Shown: positions 30,556 through 40,849, counted from the stretch's first letter. The stretch is 64,000 nucleotides of DNA from Candidatus Marinacidobacterales bacterium (GCA_965226495.1 OZ245365.1:5376001-5440000); one strand, 5' to 3'. The notes: a model not told the origin generated them from the sequence alone. Program-made: numbers and translations.

Positions 30556-31032
30556 CTACTTGTTGAGACGACTGGCGGCGAGCTCTACCGCCTGAAGGAT
30601 CTGGATGTAGCCCGTGCACCGACAGAGATTCCCGGCCAGTGCTTGTTGAATGTCGGGACGGGTCGGGCTGGGGTTGCGATCCAACAGAGACTTCGCCGCC
30701 AGGAGGATTCCGGGAGTACAGTAACCGCATTGGGCTGCGCCGACTTCGGCGAAAGCAATTTGGAGTGGGTGGTGCGTGCCATGCTCGGTCATGCCTTCAA
30801 CGGTCACGACCTCACGACCCTCGAGCTCGATCGGCAGTGCCAAGCAGGACAGGACGGGTGCCCCGTCTACGAGCACCGTACATGTGCCGCATTCACCCAG
30901 TTCGCATCCGTGTTTTGTCCCGGTGAGCCGCAGCTCTTCTCGCAAAACCTCGAGGAGGGTTTTGTGGACGGGGGCCGCCACCTCCACCGGCTCGCCGTTG
31001 ACACGCAGATGGAGTAACACCTTCTCTGACAT
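30556..31032 (-). CDS. (2Fe-2S) subunit, HcrC/CoxS-like
   Basis: GCELGECGTCTV, QCGYCTPG and NLCRCTGY. Confidence 0.93.
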   Translation of the reverse strand: MSEKVLLHLRVNGEPVEVAAPVHKTLLEVLREELRLTGTKHGCELGECGTCTVLVDGAPVLSCLALPIELEGREVVTVEGMTEHGTHHPLQIAFAEVGAAQCGYCTPGILLAAKSLLDRNPSPTRPDIQQALAGNLCRCTGYIQILQAVELAASRLNK

Positions 31033-31124
31033 CGAGTTACTGTACCACCTAACCGAACGAGCTCGCCACGTGAGCGGAACCACGGACGACGACAGTCTTC
31101 ACCCGGGAAGTCGGGAGCTTTCCT

Positions 31125-32489
31125 TTACGTGTAGCGGGCGTCCCGATGCTCGGGCAGGAAGAAGCTTGGAAGGAGCTCATCGACTCTCAGAAGTGCCTCG
31201 CGGGTGAGCACGATTCGATCTCCTTCCCAATCAAGGTAGCCCTTCTGTCTCAGATCTTCGAAGGCAGGCTGAAACTCGTTCTTGACGTCTCGTTGAAACT
31301 TCTCCTGGAAATATCCAATGTCTAGGCTTCCCAGTTTCATCTGCAGAATAAGCTCTCGTATCAGCCGTTCGGTCTCACTGATCGGCAACGCTCTCTTGAG
31401 AGGTAAATTTCCTCCTCCCACTGCCGTAACGTAATCCTCGAGCCGGTCCAGGTTCTGAAAATGAACCCCTGCTACATAGGAAAAAGACGAGACACCGAGC
31501 CCCACCATGTCCGCGCCGTGCCATAAGCTATCGCGGTAGGCGAATCTACTCGGGTTCGGACCTTTCGTAACCGTGTACCCACTCGAGACCCGGTAGCCGG
31601 CTCTCTCCAGCTCGGCAAAAGCCTTTCCAACCCAGGCCCGTTTCTGCTTCCAACCGGCCACCGGAATCGGTTGCCCCTCGGCTCGGATTTCTTGAGAGTA
31701 AACGGTATTGTAGGGAAGCTCCATCTGGTAGATGGTCACACTGTCGGGAGAAAGATCGATGGTCTTGCGGATGCAAGACTCCCAGTTCTTCTCCGTCTCC
31801 CCAACCATCCCCGCGATGAGGTCGATGTTGACGTTGGGGAAATCAGCTTTCTCAATCCACTCGTAAGCTCGATAGATCTCATCGCTTTCATGGGCCCGGC
31901 CGTTCTCTCGCAAAATAGCATCGTCGAAGTTCTCGGCGCCTAGGCTCATACGAGTCACACCGTTTTCCTTCAGAGCCTCGACCTTGCTGCGGTTCAAGGT
32001 CCCCGGCTCGCATTCGAAAGTAACCTCTTCAGCGCCGTCCCACTCCACCGACCCACGGAGCTTTTCGACGAGGGAAGAAAGCTGCCGACTACTCAAGAAG
32101 GAAGGGGTCCCGCCGCCGAAGTAGACGAATTGCAGCGAGCGTTGGGAGAACGCGCGGTAGCGACTGTACAGAGCCGCCTCTGCGGCCATCGCGTTCACGT
32201 AGTTTTCTACATCGTGGCTATTCTTCTCGGTGTAGACGCGGAAGTAGCAGAACTTACATCGTTTACGGCAAAAGGGAATATGCAGGTAGAGGCCGAGAGG
32301 AACGGTAGGAAGAGGAATCCGGCCTAGAGCGCCCTCCACAGCCGGGAGATGCTCTTGGGACCAGAGGGAGAAGGGGGGGTAGTTAGCAACGAAATAGCTT
32401 CCGACTTCAGTCTGATTTTCATCGGAACCAGAATCCTTGTGAGACCCTGAGAGAGAGCCCTCAGGGGCGCGCGAGTTCGAAAAAGCCAT
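31125..32489 (-). CDS. HemN-like radical SAM protein
   Basis: LYLHIPFCRKRCKFCYF, YFGGGTPS and NIDLIAG. Confidence 0.88.
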   Translation of the reverse strand: MAFSNSRAPEGSLSGSHKDSGSDENQTEVGSYFVANYPPFSLWSQEHLPAVEGALGRIPLPTVPLGLYLHIPFCRKRCKFCYFRVYTEKNSHDVENYVNAMAAEAALYSRYRAFSQRSLQFVYFGGGTPSFLSSRQLSSLVEKLRGSVEWDGAEEVTFECEPGTLNRSKVEALKENGVTRMSLGAENFDDAILRENGRAHESDEIYRAYEWIEKADFPNVNIDLIAGMVGETEKNWESCIRKTIDLSPDSVTIYQMELPYNTVYSQEIRAEGQPIPVAGWKQKRAWVGKAFAELERAGYRVSSGYTVTKGPNPSRFAYRDSLWHGADMVGLGVSSFSYVAGVHFQNLDRLEDYVTAVGGGNLPLKRALPISETERLIRELILQMKLGSLDIGYFQEKFQRDVKNEFQPAFEDLRQKGYLDWEGDRIVLTREALLRVDELLPSFFLPEHRDARYT

Positions 32490-32635
32490 GTTGGTCCTGT
32501 GCTCCGTGCAGCAAGGAGATCTTCTGCCGCCCTGAAGTGAGTCTAGTTCATTCTAGCATGGTCGCCATTGGCCCATTTGACACCGACCGACCTCCAGGAA
32601 TAGATGGTGCGGAGCAAACGTCTACGAGAACGAAG

Positions 32636-33838
32636 ATGCCATCCATCGAGGGTTCCGGTCTTCCGCTGGTTTTCAAGACCGTGGGAGCGTCGGCTCCTGA
32701 GGCGAGCGAGACCCGGCCGCCAGGCAACACCGTCACCATTAGGACCGAAGTGCGCTCGCTCGAGGGCATGCAAAAAGAGGCCGTGGTGACCTGCGAACCA
32801 GAGGGCACCTCCTGGCGGCTCGTCTCCGATGAAGGCCCCTATCTCAACGGGAAAGACATGGCACCCTTCCCGCTCGCGTTCTTCACCGCCGGGATGCAGT
32901 TCTCGTTTTTGAGCGAGTTCCTCCAGGGGGCACGTGCGCAGGACATCGCTCTCGATGAAGCTTCGCTCGCCCAAGACAACTTCTATTCGATGGAAGGCTC
33001 TTTCTTGCGAGGGGACGCCACCGGAGGCGCCAAGCCCGCGGTGCTGCGCTTGAGAGTCAAGTCCAACGCGCCGGCTTCGAAGATCGCGGAGCTTTCGCGG
33101 ATGGCGGAGGCCAGCTCACCGGCCCAGAGCCTCATGCGGAATTTGATGCAAAACACATTCTCTCTAAGGCTGAACGGCCGGCCGCACGCCATCCATGACC
33201 TCGCGTCGTCGCCTTCTCCGAACGAACAGGACCCGGTGACTCACTTCGAGGGCGTCGTGCCCGCTTCGGAGAGCTTTCTTCCCGATATCATCAAGCGGGT
33301 GAAGACAGCCGAGAAGCGAACCGAAGTCGAAGGTGGTGCCGGCAGCAGCCTGCAAGCCGAGCAGAAGCGGACTCTCCATGTCCACGGCGACGCACGATGG
33401 CTCGGTGGCATGTTGATGGAGAGCGTCGTTCACCTCTATGAGCCCATCGGTAGTAGTTTCGCCTTCATCTGTGACGAGACCCAGCGCCAGGGAGGCAAGG
33501 CAAGCGCTCCTCCGCCCCTCGCCTACCTCAGCGCCGGAATCGGCTTTTGCTACATGACACAACTCGGGCGATTCGCGCATATCAAGAAACACACTCTCGA
33601 GGCTTATCGTATCGTTCAAAAGAGCGCTTTTCAGTTCAGTGGAGACCCGCAGGACGGAAGCCGAGCTGCGGCCATGGCTCCCGTAGACACCCAGGTGTTC
33701 CTCGATGCTCGATTCGCGGCAGACGATGACGGCCCTGAACTCGTCAGCATGGGGCAGCAGACTTGTTTTCTTCATGCCGCCATGCGGGGAGAACATCCGA
33801 GCAGAATCTCGGTCGAGCTGAACGGCAAGGAACTCTAG
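32636..33838 (+). CDS. Tandem OsmC/Ohr-like domain protein
   Basis: Two repeats: SDEG...APFPLAFFTAG and CDE...APPPLAYLSAGIGFC...TCFLHA. Alternative starts back to 32537. Confidence 0.75.
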   Translation: MPSIEGSGLPLVFKTVGASAPEASETRPPGNTVTIRTEVRSLEGMQKEAVVTCEPEGTSWRLVSDEGPYLNGKDMAPFPLAFFTAGMQFSFLSEFLQGARAQDIALDEASLAQDNFYSMEGSFLRGDATGGAKPAVLRLRVKSNAPASKIAELSRMAEASSPAQSLMRNLMQNTFSLRLNGRPHAIHDLASSPSPNEQDPVTHFEGVVPASESFLPDIIKRVKTAEKRTEVEGGAGSSLQAEQKRTLHVHGDARWLGGMLMESVVHLYEPIGSSFAFICDETQRQGGKASAPPPLAYLSAGIGFCYMTQLGRFAHIKKHTLEAYRIVQKSAFQFSGDPQDGSRAAAMAPVDTQVFLDARFAADDDGPELVSMGQQTCFLHAAMRGEHPSRISVELNGKEL

Positions 33839-33992
33839 CCAAGCATTTTCGATCCGTTCAGCGGCTAAGCCTGAGTTTTCCCTTCGTCATTTCCCAAGCT
33901 AGGCCCATCGCCACATGGCACCGTCACAAATTCCCGAAATATTGACTGCGCCTTGCTCGAAAAGATGAGAGGATCTCCCTCTTAACCTGCTA

Positions 33993-35465
33993 GTGAGGGA
34001 TAGGATGAGAATTGCTGCGCTGCCTCAACACGTTCGCTTACGTTCGAGACGCTTGCCACTGCTTTGCATCACGGCTCTTTTGACCCTTCAAGCGAACCGG
34101 ATCGTGGAAGCGGTTGTCGGTCCGGCTGAAATCTCGGAGGCTCACGCCTCTTTTCTTGCAGAAAGATTCGCACCGAAATTGATTTTTCATCCAAACGAGC
34201 AATTCTTCCCCAGCAGCCCCCTCTTTTCGCTCGAGGATACGACCGGACAAGATGGGCAGTCTCTAGAAGCGGGAGACCTGTTGGAAATCCTGGGCACGCC
34301 GGAGCAACGACGTGAGCAGTACCTTGCGTTGAACCTGCGGGAAAAAGCGCGCTTGGCGACTGTGTATTACCGTGTGAATCGGCTCCCCACTGCCATCGTG
34401 ATCGAGTACTGGTTCTACTACATCTGGAACGATTACTCTGCGCGCCCGGGACTTGTACCGTTCTGGTTCAATGGCTCCCACCCGAATGATCTAGAACACC
34501 TACATATTGTCTTGGAACCCGATCCGGAGGTGCCCGCGAGCTCCGATGCTTTCCAGGCGACCAGTGTTCGCTTGGCAACCATCTACGTCAGCGCTCACGA
34601 CGGTGTGGCGCCCGCCAACCGGTACTATTCCAATGGCGAGACCCACGACGGCGAGACGCATCTAATAGTAGAACTGGGCTCACATGCGGCGGGCACCGAC
34701 GCAAACCGCGATGGAGTGTTCACACCCGGCGACGACGGTGAATCCGGTTACAAGATCCTTTGGGGAATTCGCGACCGAGGATTCACTTGGAGCCGGTATA
34801 ACCCGGCTTATATGGACAGCCGAGCCAACGGGGATGCCGTTTCGTTCTGCCCGAACGAATCGTCTAGGCGGACGGTCTGCCCGTCCAACTCATTGTCCTA
34901 TCAGCTGGTCCCGGTCGCGCAACTCTATCGACAATTCGACGAGCTGGCTCTATCTCGTGAGCAGTACCAGCACGCGTTCGAGACCAAGGTGCATCCGCTC
35001 AAGAGATTCTTTGGAAGATCGAATGGCGATTATGAAAAACTCGTTATTCCACCCGCTTCTGCTCCCGAGCGGGAAAGTTCCATCGACAATTTCTCCTCGA
35101 CGGAAAGAGGGGTCATGTTTGGACTAACTACGGTGGGATTTGATCCGGGCGTCTTTTTCGGCGGGAGGTATTCGTTTCTGCACGGATCGAAGTTTATTCC
35201 AGACTTGTTGCTTCAAGCCGACCCAGTGCTGACCTTCGGTGGGCAAGGACTTTTTTCTACCGCGGCGCTGGCGTCCTACCCGATCAGCGCCATGTCGAAG
35301 GTACTGATCGGCGTTGGTTTCATATCCGATTTTGAGGAAAGCCAGTGGGATTTGATTGCCGGTCTCGAGTTTAGGCCAGGCGGCTTTCGCTTGTCGGTAA
35401 CGGGCAGAACTCTCGGTAAGGTTACCGAGTCGGCCCTCGACCTACGGCTCTTTTACTTCTTTTGA
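33993..35465 (+). CDS. Hypothetical exported protein with a Vps62/NPP1-like N-domain and a putative C-terminal beta-barrel
   Basis: Signal-like N-terminus. FAPKLIFHPNEQFFP and IEYWFYY...HPNDLEH motifs. C-terminal LRLFYFF. Confidence 0.6.
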   Translation: MRDRMRIAALPQHVRLRSRRLPLLCITALLTLQANRIVEAVVGPAEISEAHASFLAERFAPKLIFHPNEQFFPSSPLFSLEDTTGQDGQSLEAGDLLEILGTPEQRREQYLALNLREKARLATVYYRVNRLPTAIVIEYWFYYIWNDYSARPGLVPFWFNGSHPNDLEHLHIVLEPDPEVPASSDAFQATSVRLATIYVSAHDGVAPANRYYSNGETHDGETHLIVELGSHAAGTDANRDGVFTPGDDGESGYKILWGIRDRGFTWSRYNPAYMDSRANGDAVSFCPNESSRRTVCPSNSLSYQLVPVAQLYRQFDELALSREQYQHAFETKVHPLKRFFGRSNGDYEKLVIPPASAPERESSIDNFSSTERGVMFGLTTVGFDPGVFFGGRYSFLHGSKFIPDLLLQADPVLTFGGQGLFSTAALASYPISAMSKVLIGVGFISDFEESQWDLIAGLEFRPGGFRLSVTGRTLGKVTESALDLRLFYFF

Positions 35466-35468
35466 TGG

Positions 35469-36767
35469 CTATGATTGAGCTTGCAACAACAAGCGCTTCA
35501 CTTCGCCGACTAGGAAGATCGACCCGGTAACAACGACCTCTCCTTTTTCTCCCGCCCTGCGTCGAGCGCTGGCGAGTGCTTGTTCCGGAGAATCGATTGC
35601 CTCGCAAGAAAAACCCCGACCGGCGACTCCATTCGCCACCGTCTTCGGATCTTGGGCTCTCGGATTCGGAGGTCGGGTCACGATCACGTGCTGCATATGA
35701 GGCAGGAGGGCATCGAGCATCGCGGACGATTTCTTATCCTTCATGACGCCGTAGACCAATACTCGCTCGGGATGGGGATGGTTTTCGAGATAGAGAGCCA
35801 ACGCGGTGGCCGCCAAAGGATTGTGCGCGGCATCGATGATGAGAGGGGGGGAACCTTCGATTCTCTCTAGGCGTCCTTCCCAAACGGTGGAAGCGACTCC
35901 TGCGGCCACCGATTCCTTGGTCGTCTCGAACCCCAGTTGGCTGGCGAGCTCCGCGAGCCTAACAGCGAGGACAAGATTATCGACTTGATGCGCACCGGCC
36001 AGCGGCAAGAACATTTCAGGGTAGACAGCCCGTGATGTTTCCAATCGGACCCACTGTCCGCCTTCGACTTCTTTGGTTCGTGAACGCACTTCTCTTTGGA
36101 CCTCGAACAAGGGAGAACCTTGTCGCGCGGCCTCGGAACGGATAACGGCAAGCGACTCTTCATCCACGACCGTCGTTACCACCGGCCGGGCTGGCTTGAT
36201 AGTCGCCGCCTTCTCGGCGGCGATGGCGGTGAGAGATGCGCCTAAAAAGCGTTCGTGATCGAAACCAATATTGGTCACCGCGGTGAGGTCGGCGGGGACG
36301 ATGTTGGTGGCATCCCAGCGCCCTCCCATTCCCACCTCGAGCACGCCGATCTCGACCCCCTTTCGACGAAAGAACTCGAAGGCGCACGCCGTCGTCAGCT
36401 CGAAAAAGGTTGGCTCAGTGAGGAGCTTCTCCTCCTCTCTTAACTGCACGGTCACGCGTCTCACTTCTTGGACGACGTCCGTGAGCTCATCGGCAGTGAT
36501 GGCGTCACCATTCGCCACCATCCGCTCCTCCATGCGAACCAGGTGCGGTGAGGTATAGCGCGCAGTACGATGCCCGGAGGCACGTAGAATGGATTCGACG
36601 AGTGCGACGGTAGATCCCTTACCGTTGGTCCCAGCAACCAGAATCGAACGCCACGACCTCTCGGGATGTCCTAGGGCCTCGACGAGACGGCCGATGTTCT
36701 CCAGCCCGAACTTGATACCTAAATGCTCGTGCCCGCTTAGATAGGCTACCGCCTCCGCGTAGTTCAT
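35469..36767 (-). CDS. folC: Folylpolyglutamate synthase/dihydrofolate synthase
   Basis: VAGTNGKGS, YTSPHL, EVGMGGRWDATN and DAAHNP. Confidence 0.95.
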   Translation of the reverse strand: MNYAEAVAYLSGHEHLGIKFGLENIGRLVEALGHPERSWRSILVAGTNGKGSTVALVESILRASGHRTARYTSPHLVRMEERMVANGDAITADELTDVVQEVRRVTVQLREEEKLLTEPTFFELTTACAFEFFRRKGVEIGVLEVGMGGRWDATNIVPADLTAVTNIGFDHERFLGASLTAIAAEKAATIKPARPVVTTVVDEESLAVIRSEAARQGSPLFEVQREVRSRTKEVEGGQWVRLETSRAVYPEMFLPLAGAHQVDNLVLAVRLAELASQLGFETTKESVAAGVASTVWEGRLERIEGSPPLIIDAAHNPLAATALALYLENHPHPERVLVYGVMKDKKSSAMLDALLPHMQHVIVTRPPNPRAQDPKTVANGVAGRGFSCEAIDSPEQALASARRRAGEKGEVVVTGSIFLVGEVKRLLLQAQS

Positions 36768-36791
36768 TCAGGGGAGCCCCGTTTAGACCGT

Positions 36792-37679
36792 CTAGAGAAG
36801 ATAGGGATCCGATGGGGAGGCAGACTCACTTGGAACGGAATCAGTGAAGAATTGCAGAATCTTGCCCAAAGACTCCTTCATCTGTTTACGCTCGATGATG
36901 AGATCCAGCATACCGTGCTCCATCAAGTGCTCCGACTGCTGGGAGCCGGGAGGTACCGGCTGACGAATTGTCTGCTCGATGACTCGTGGACCGGCAAAGC
37001 CGATGAGCGCCTTGGGCTCGGCAATGTTCAAGTCACCGAGCATCGCGAAGCTTGCTGTGACTCCCCCGGTCGTGGGGTCGGTAAGTATGGAGAAGTAGGG
37101 AATCGCCGCCTCGTCGAGGCGGGCAAGAGCGGCGCTTATCTTCGCCATCTGCATCAACGAAAGAGCGCCTTCCTGCATCCGCGCTCCTCCCGAGCGAGAA
37201 ATGATGATGACCGCGGTGCGTTCTTCGGTAGCCCTCTCAATCGCTCTCGTGATTTTCTCTCCGACCACGACGCCCATGCTTCCACCGATAAAACCATACT
37301 CCATCGCCGCGACGATGACGGCTATGCCGTTGATGGTACCCTTGACCGTAATGATCGCGTCATCGAGTCCGGTCTGTTCCTTCCCCGTTTTCAGACGATC
37401 CTGGTAGCGCTTGGTGTCTTTGAAACGAAGAGGGTTGGTGGAACGTATTCCGGTATCAAATTCTTCGTATGCCCCACCGTCCAAGAGTATCGCCAGTCGT
37501 TCCCTAGCCGACAGGCCGAAATGGTAGTTGCACTTGGGGCACACATTGGAGTTACGGACAATCTCCTTTTTATAAAGGATTTCCGAGCATCCATTGCACT
37601 TATTCCACAAGCCCTCCGGCATCCGGCTCTTTTTTTCCGCCGGCGCTAGGGGCGTCTTTTCTTTCTTGAACCAGCTCAT
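36792..37679 (-). CDS. accD: Acetyl-CoA carboxylase carboxyltransferase beta subunit
   Basis: Zn ribbon, GGSMG, SGGARMQEG and PTTGGVTASFA. Confidence 0.96.
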   Translation of the reverse strand: MSWFKKEKTPLAPAEKKSRMPEGLWNKCNGCSEILYKKEIVRNSNVCPKCNYHFGLSARERLAILLDGGAYEEFDTGIRSTNPLRFKDTKRYQDRLKTGKEQTGLDDAIITVKGTINGIAVIVAAMEYGFIGGSMGVVVGEKITRAIERATEERTAVIIISRSGGARMQEGALSLMQMAKISAALARLDEAAIPYFSILTDPTTGGVTASFAMLGDLNIAEPKALIGFAGPRVIEQTIRQPVPPGSQQSEHLMEHGMLDLIIERKQMKESLGKILQFFTDSVPSESASPSDPYLL

Positions 37680-37719
37680 GATAGAAGGTGGCGGATCCTA
37701 GCAAGTCCCATTGTCGTCG

Positions 37720-38781
37720 TCAAACCGGCAGAGACTCCTCGGGATAGATGCCGCGTAACTTGTGACGCAGCAAGATCCATAGGAAGAAAGGGCCTCCCGT
37801 CAGGGCGGTCACCACGCCGACCGGAATCTCGGTGGGCGCCAGGATGGTGCGCGCTACCGTGTCACAAACCACCACGATCGCGCCGCCGGCAAACACCGCG
37901 CTCGGCATCAATACGCGGTGGTCCGGTCCCAGGATCATGCGCAGCAAGTGAGGGACCATAAGTCCGACGAAAAGAATCGGTCCGGACAAAGAGATCGCGG
38001 AGCCGGTCGCCACCGAAGCCGCGGCAAACGCCACTTTCCGCGACTTGTCCACGGGAACCCCCAAGCTCCGCGCCGTCTCGTCTCCCAAGGCCATGACGTT
38101 CAGTTGGCGCGACAACACGATCAGAACGACCAGGCCGGCTATCACCAGCGGAGCGACGACTGCCAGCCTACGCAGCTCGACCAAATCCAGCCCTCCCATG
38201 ACCCATCGAACCATTTGATAAGACTGCGTGAAGTCTGCGGTGTACTGAATCAAAAGGATGAGCGAAGAAAAGAAAAAATGAAGTGTCACACCGGCCAGGA
38301 GCATCGTGCTCGGAGCCAGGTAGCCGCGAGTCTTGGCCAACAGATAAACCAACGTCGCGGACGCCGCTGATCCCAGAAGCGCCGCCATCGTCTGAGCAGA
38401 AAGAGGACCCACCGCGCCGTCCAAACCGAGGCGGATAGTGAGTGCGGTCGCAACCGCCGCACCGCCCGAAATCCCAAGGGTGAACGGTGAGGCCAATGGA
38501 TTTCGAAGCAAGGACTGAAACGTGAGTCCCGAAGCGGAGAGCGCCGCTCCCACCAGGGCAGCCAGTAGCGTCCTGGGGAGTCGCACCGAAAACAAAATTG
38601 TGGCGTCTGGATTGAGATGGGCCGGGATCGAAAAATCGAAAGCTCGAGAAAGATCGATTTGGGTTGACCCAATGAGTGGAGCCCCAACGAGTACGAGTAG
38701 GAGGAGGACCGCCGATGCCCCGACCGTCGAGGCGAATCGCTTTGCGGTAAGCAGCTTGAGCTCGGATCCGTTTTTACTCAC
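37720..38781 (-). CDS. FecCD/BtuC-family ABC permease
   Basis: RLPR, LLRNPLASPFTLGISGGA and EIPVGVVTALTGGPFF. Start moved to GTG 38781. Confidence 0.92.
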   Translation of the reverse strand: MSKNGSELKLLTAKRFASTVGASAVLLLLVLVGAPLIGSTQIDLSRAFDFSIPAHLNPDATILFSVRLPRTLLAALVGAALSASGLTFQSLLRNPLASPFTLGISGGAAVATALTIRLGLDGAVGPLSAQTMAALLGSAASATLVYLLAKTRGYLAPSTMLLAGVTLHFFFSSLILLIQYTADFTQSYQMVRWVMGGLDLVELRRLAVVAPLVIAGLVVLIVLSRQLNVMALGDETARSLGVPVDKSRKVAFAAASVATGSAISLSGPILFVGLMVPHLLRMILGPDHRVLMPSAVFAGGAIVVVCDTVARTILAPTEIPVGVVTALTGGPFFLWILLRHKLRGIYPEESLPV

Positions 38782-39556
38782 TGCGTCTCTCGGGAAGAAT
38801 GAAAGGAACCGAAGAAGCCGACCCCGCTTCGACTCGTATTGGGGTTTCGTACACCGACTCCATGAGCTCCCGATCGAGTAGTTCACGGGGCGCCCCACTT
38901 GCCACCGCGCGACCCTCTTTGAGGATGAGCATCCGAGGACAGTAAAGTGAGGCCAAGTTGATATGGTGCGTCACGCCTACGACCGTCTTCGACTGCTCCA
39001 CGACAAGCCGCTCCAATATCTCCCACATACGCACCTCGTGTTTGAGATCGAGTGCCGCGGTGGGCTCATCCAAGAGAAGTATGCGCGCGTCTTGGGCGAT
39101 GGCTCGCGCGATCAAGACTCGCTGTTTTTCGCCCCCGGAAAGGCTGTGAAACGGCCGCGAGCCGAACTCAGAAGTCTCGGTGAGCTCGAGAGCCCTAGTC
39201 ACCATCGCGAGATCCTTCTCGGTCTCGAATCGAAACGCATTTTGATGAGGATAGCGGCCCATGAGCACGATCTCGCCCACCGTAAAAGGCAAGCCCACTG
39301 TGGTTTGCTGCGGCACGTAGCTCACCATGCTGGCCAACTCTTGGCGAGAGTAGGAACCTAGGGGTCGACCCTCTAATGCGATCTCGCCGTTCTTAGGCCT
39401 GAGAAGACCTGCGAGCAGCTTGAGAAGGGTCGATTTACCGGACCCGTTGGGACCCAGGATCGCCAACAGATCTCCATCCCGAAGCTCAACATCCAGCTCC
39501 GAGATAACATCCCGCCCCACCGCGTAGGAAAAGCCAAGCTTGGAAGCACGGATCAT
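38774..39556 (-). CDS. Iron/cobalamin ABC ATP-binding protein
   Basis: GPNGSGKST, LSGGEKQR and LLLDEPT. Confidence 0.93.
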   Translation of the reverse strand: MIRASKLGFSYAVGRDVISELDVELRDGDLLAILGPNGSGKSTLLKLLAGLLRPKNGEIALEGRPLGSYSRQELASMVSYVPQQTTVGLPFTVGEIVLMGRYPHQNAFRFETEKDLAMVTRALELTETSEFGSRPFHSLSGGEKQRVLIARAIAQDARILLLDEPTAALDLKHEVRMWEILERLVVEQSKTVVGVTHHINLASLYCPRMLILKEGRAVASGAPRELLDRELMESVYETPIRVEAGSASSVPFILPERRSE

Positions 39557-39598
39557 GAAGGCTCGGCTAGCATTAACTCGACCAAGTATCGATCTCGT

Positions 39599-40516
39599 TC
39601 ACTGAGACACGTCACGCGGTACCTTGGCCTCCGGATGAAGAACCTCAACAAAACGGCGAAGCGTTTCGGTCATGCGTGGACCAGGTATAGTGGCAACGGG
39701 GTCCGGTATGCCTACGACCCGGCCCGAGCGTACTGCGTCGAGTGTGGGCAGCTTGGCCCAGATTCCGACGGTGTCCTCGCCCTCGGCGCTAAACGTGAGG
39801 TCCAAGATCACTTCCGGATCGAGAGAAACGACCTCTTCTCTGGAGATGCGTGGATAGCGGGAGATCGTGCCGGTAATCACGTTCTCTCCTCCGGCGAGGA
39901 CGAGCAATTCATTGAGGAATGTGTCCGGGCTGGCGGCGGTGAGATCTTGGAGGCTCCCCGCGGCTCGAAGGACTACGATAAGCGTCCTCGCCCTCGCGAG
40001 ACCGCGAGTGTTCTGCTCCACGGCCGTGAGCTGGCCGCGTATCCCTGCCGCTAGCAAGTCCGCCTGACCTCTTCTCCCACTTACTTCGCCAAGCTGAGTA
40101 ATCGAATCCAGAACGTCGGCAACTGTCTCGTTCGGAAGTTGTAGCACCGGGAGTCTCAGGGTTCGAAGCTTTGCGGCTACCGTTTCGAGACTCGATGGCA
40201 ACACCACGAGATCCGCCCGTAACGCGACGATCTGCTCATAGCCGAGATTGAAAGGACCGCCGATGCGCGGTTTTGCTCTCGCCTCGTCTGGATAGAGACA
40301 GTAGTCGGACACCGCGACCACCTTATCGCCGGCACCAATCTCGAACAGGATTTCTGTGAAATTCGGCGTCGTAGATACGATGCGCTGGACGAGGGTTTCT
40401 TGGTGAGCCCCCACAAGGGATCGATGGGCGGTGATTCCCGGCGAGGGTGGGGGGGAGGTCCAGGCGATGAGCCAGGGGGCCAGCACAAAAAGCGCGGCGC
40501 GCGCGACGAACTGCAT
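39599..40516 (-). CDS. BtuF-like helical-backbone substrate-binding protein
   Basis: RIVSTTPNFTEILFEIGAG, VSDYCLYP and PGPR. Confidence 0.9.
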   Translation of the reverse strand: MQFVARAALFVLAPWLIAWTSPPPSPGITAHRSLVGAHQETLVQRIVSTTPNFTEILFEIGAGDKVVAVSDYCLYPDEARAKPRIGGPFNLGYEQIVALRADLVVLPSSLETVAAKLRTLRLPVLQLPNETVADVLDSITQLGEVSGRRGQADLLAAGIRGQLTAVEQNTRGLARARTLIVVLRAAGSLQDLTAASPDTFLNELLVLAGGENVITGTISRYPRISREEVVSLDPEVILDLTFSAEGEDTVGIWAKLPTLDAVRSGRVVGIPDPVATIPGPRMTETLRRFVEVLHPEAKVPRDVSQ

Positions 40517-40528
40517 CCGTTGTCGTGC

Positions 40529-40774
40529 TTATATTTGCGGCTCTTGGTCCGAGCCTTCTTCTTCGTGGTGTTCGAGCTCGTTCTCGATGCCGAGCATCGT
40601 ACAGACCGCGTCGTACATCTGGAGGGCCGTCTTGCGTTTTTCCTGAAGCCCCGCAAGGCGCTCTCTCACTTGCTCGAGCTCGCTCTCTATCTTCTCGTCG
40701 ATCTCCTCGAGTTGACGCTGCGCCACCTCGAGGGTTTGGCGGTAAGTGCGTTCTTCTTCGTCGGTAAGCGGCAT
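40529..40774 (-). CDS. Small acidic coiled-coil hypothetical protein
   Basis: Heptad-rich 81-aa ORF co-oriented with its neighbours. Confidence 0.75.
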   Translation of the reverse strand: MPLTDEEERTYRQTLEVAQRQLEEIDEKIESELEQVRERLAGLQEKRKTALQMYDAVCTMLGIENELEHHEEEGSDQEPQI

Positions 40775-40849
40775 CTATACTACACTCAACTCCTTTCCAC
40801 GCGACACAAGTTGATTGCTGTATCGGCCCCTATCTCTGATTGCGTCGGA

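Noticed and set aside
37720-40516. Cobalamin riboswitch for the Btu-like ABC operon
   Set aside because: Only 12 bp separate the operon from the upstream gene and no B12-box was seen. The substrate (B12, heme or siderophore) is left open.
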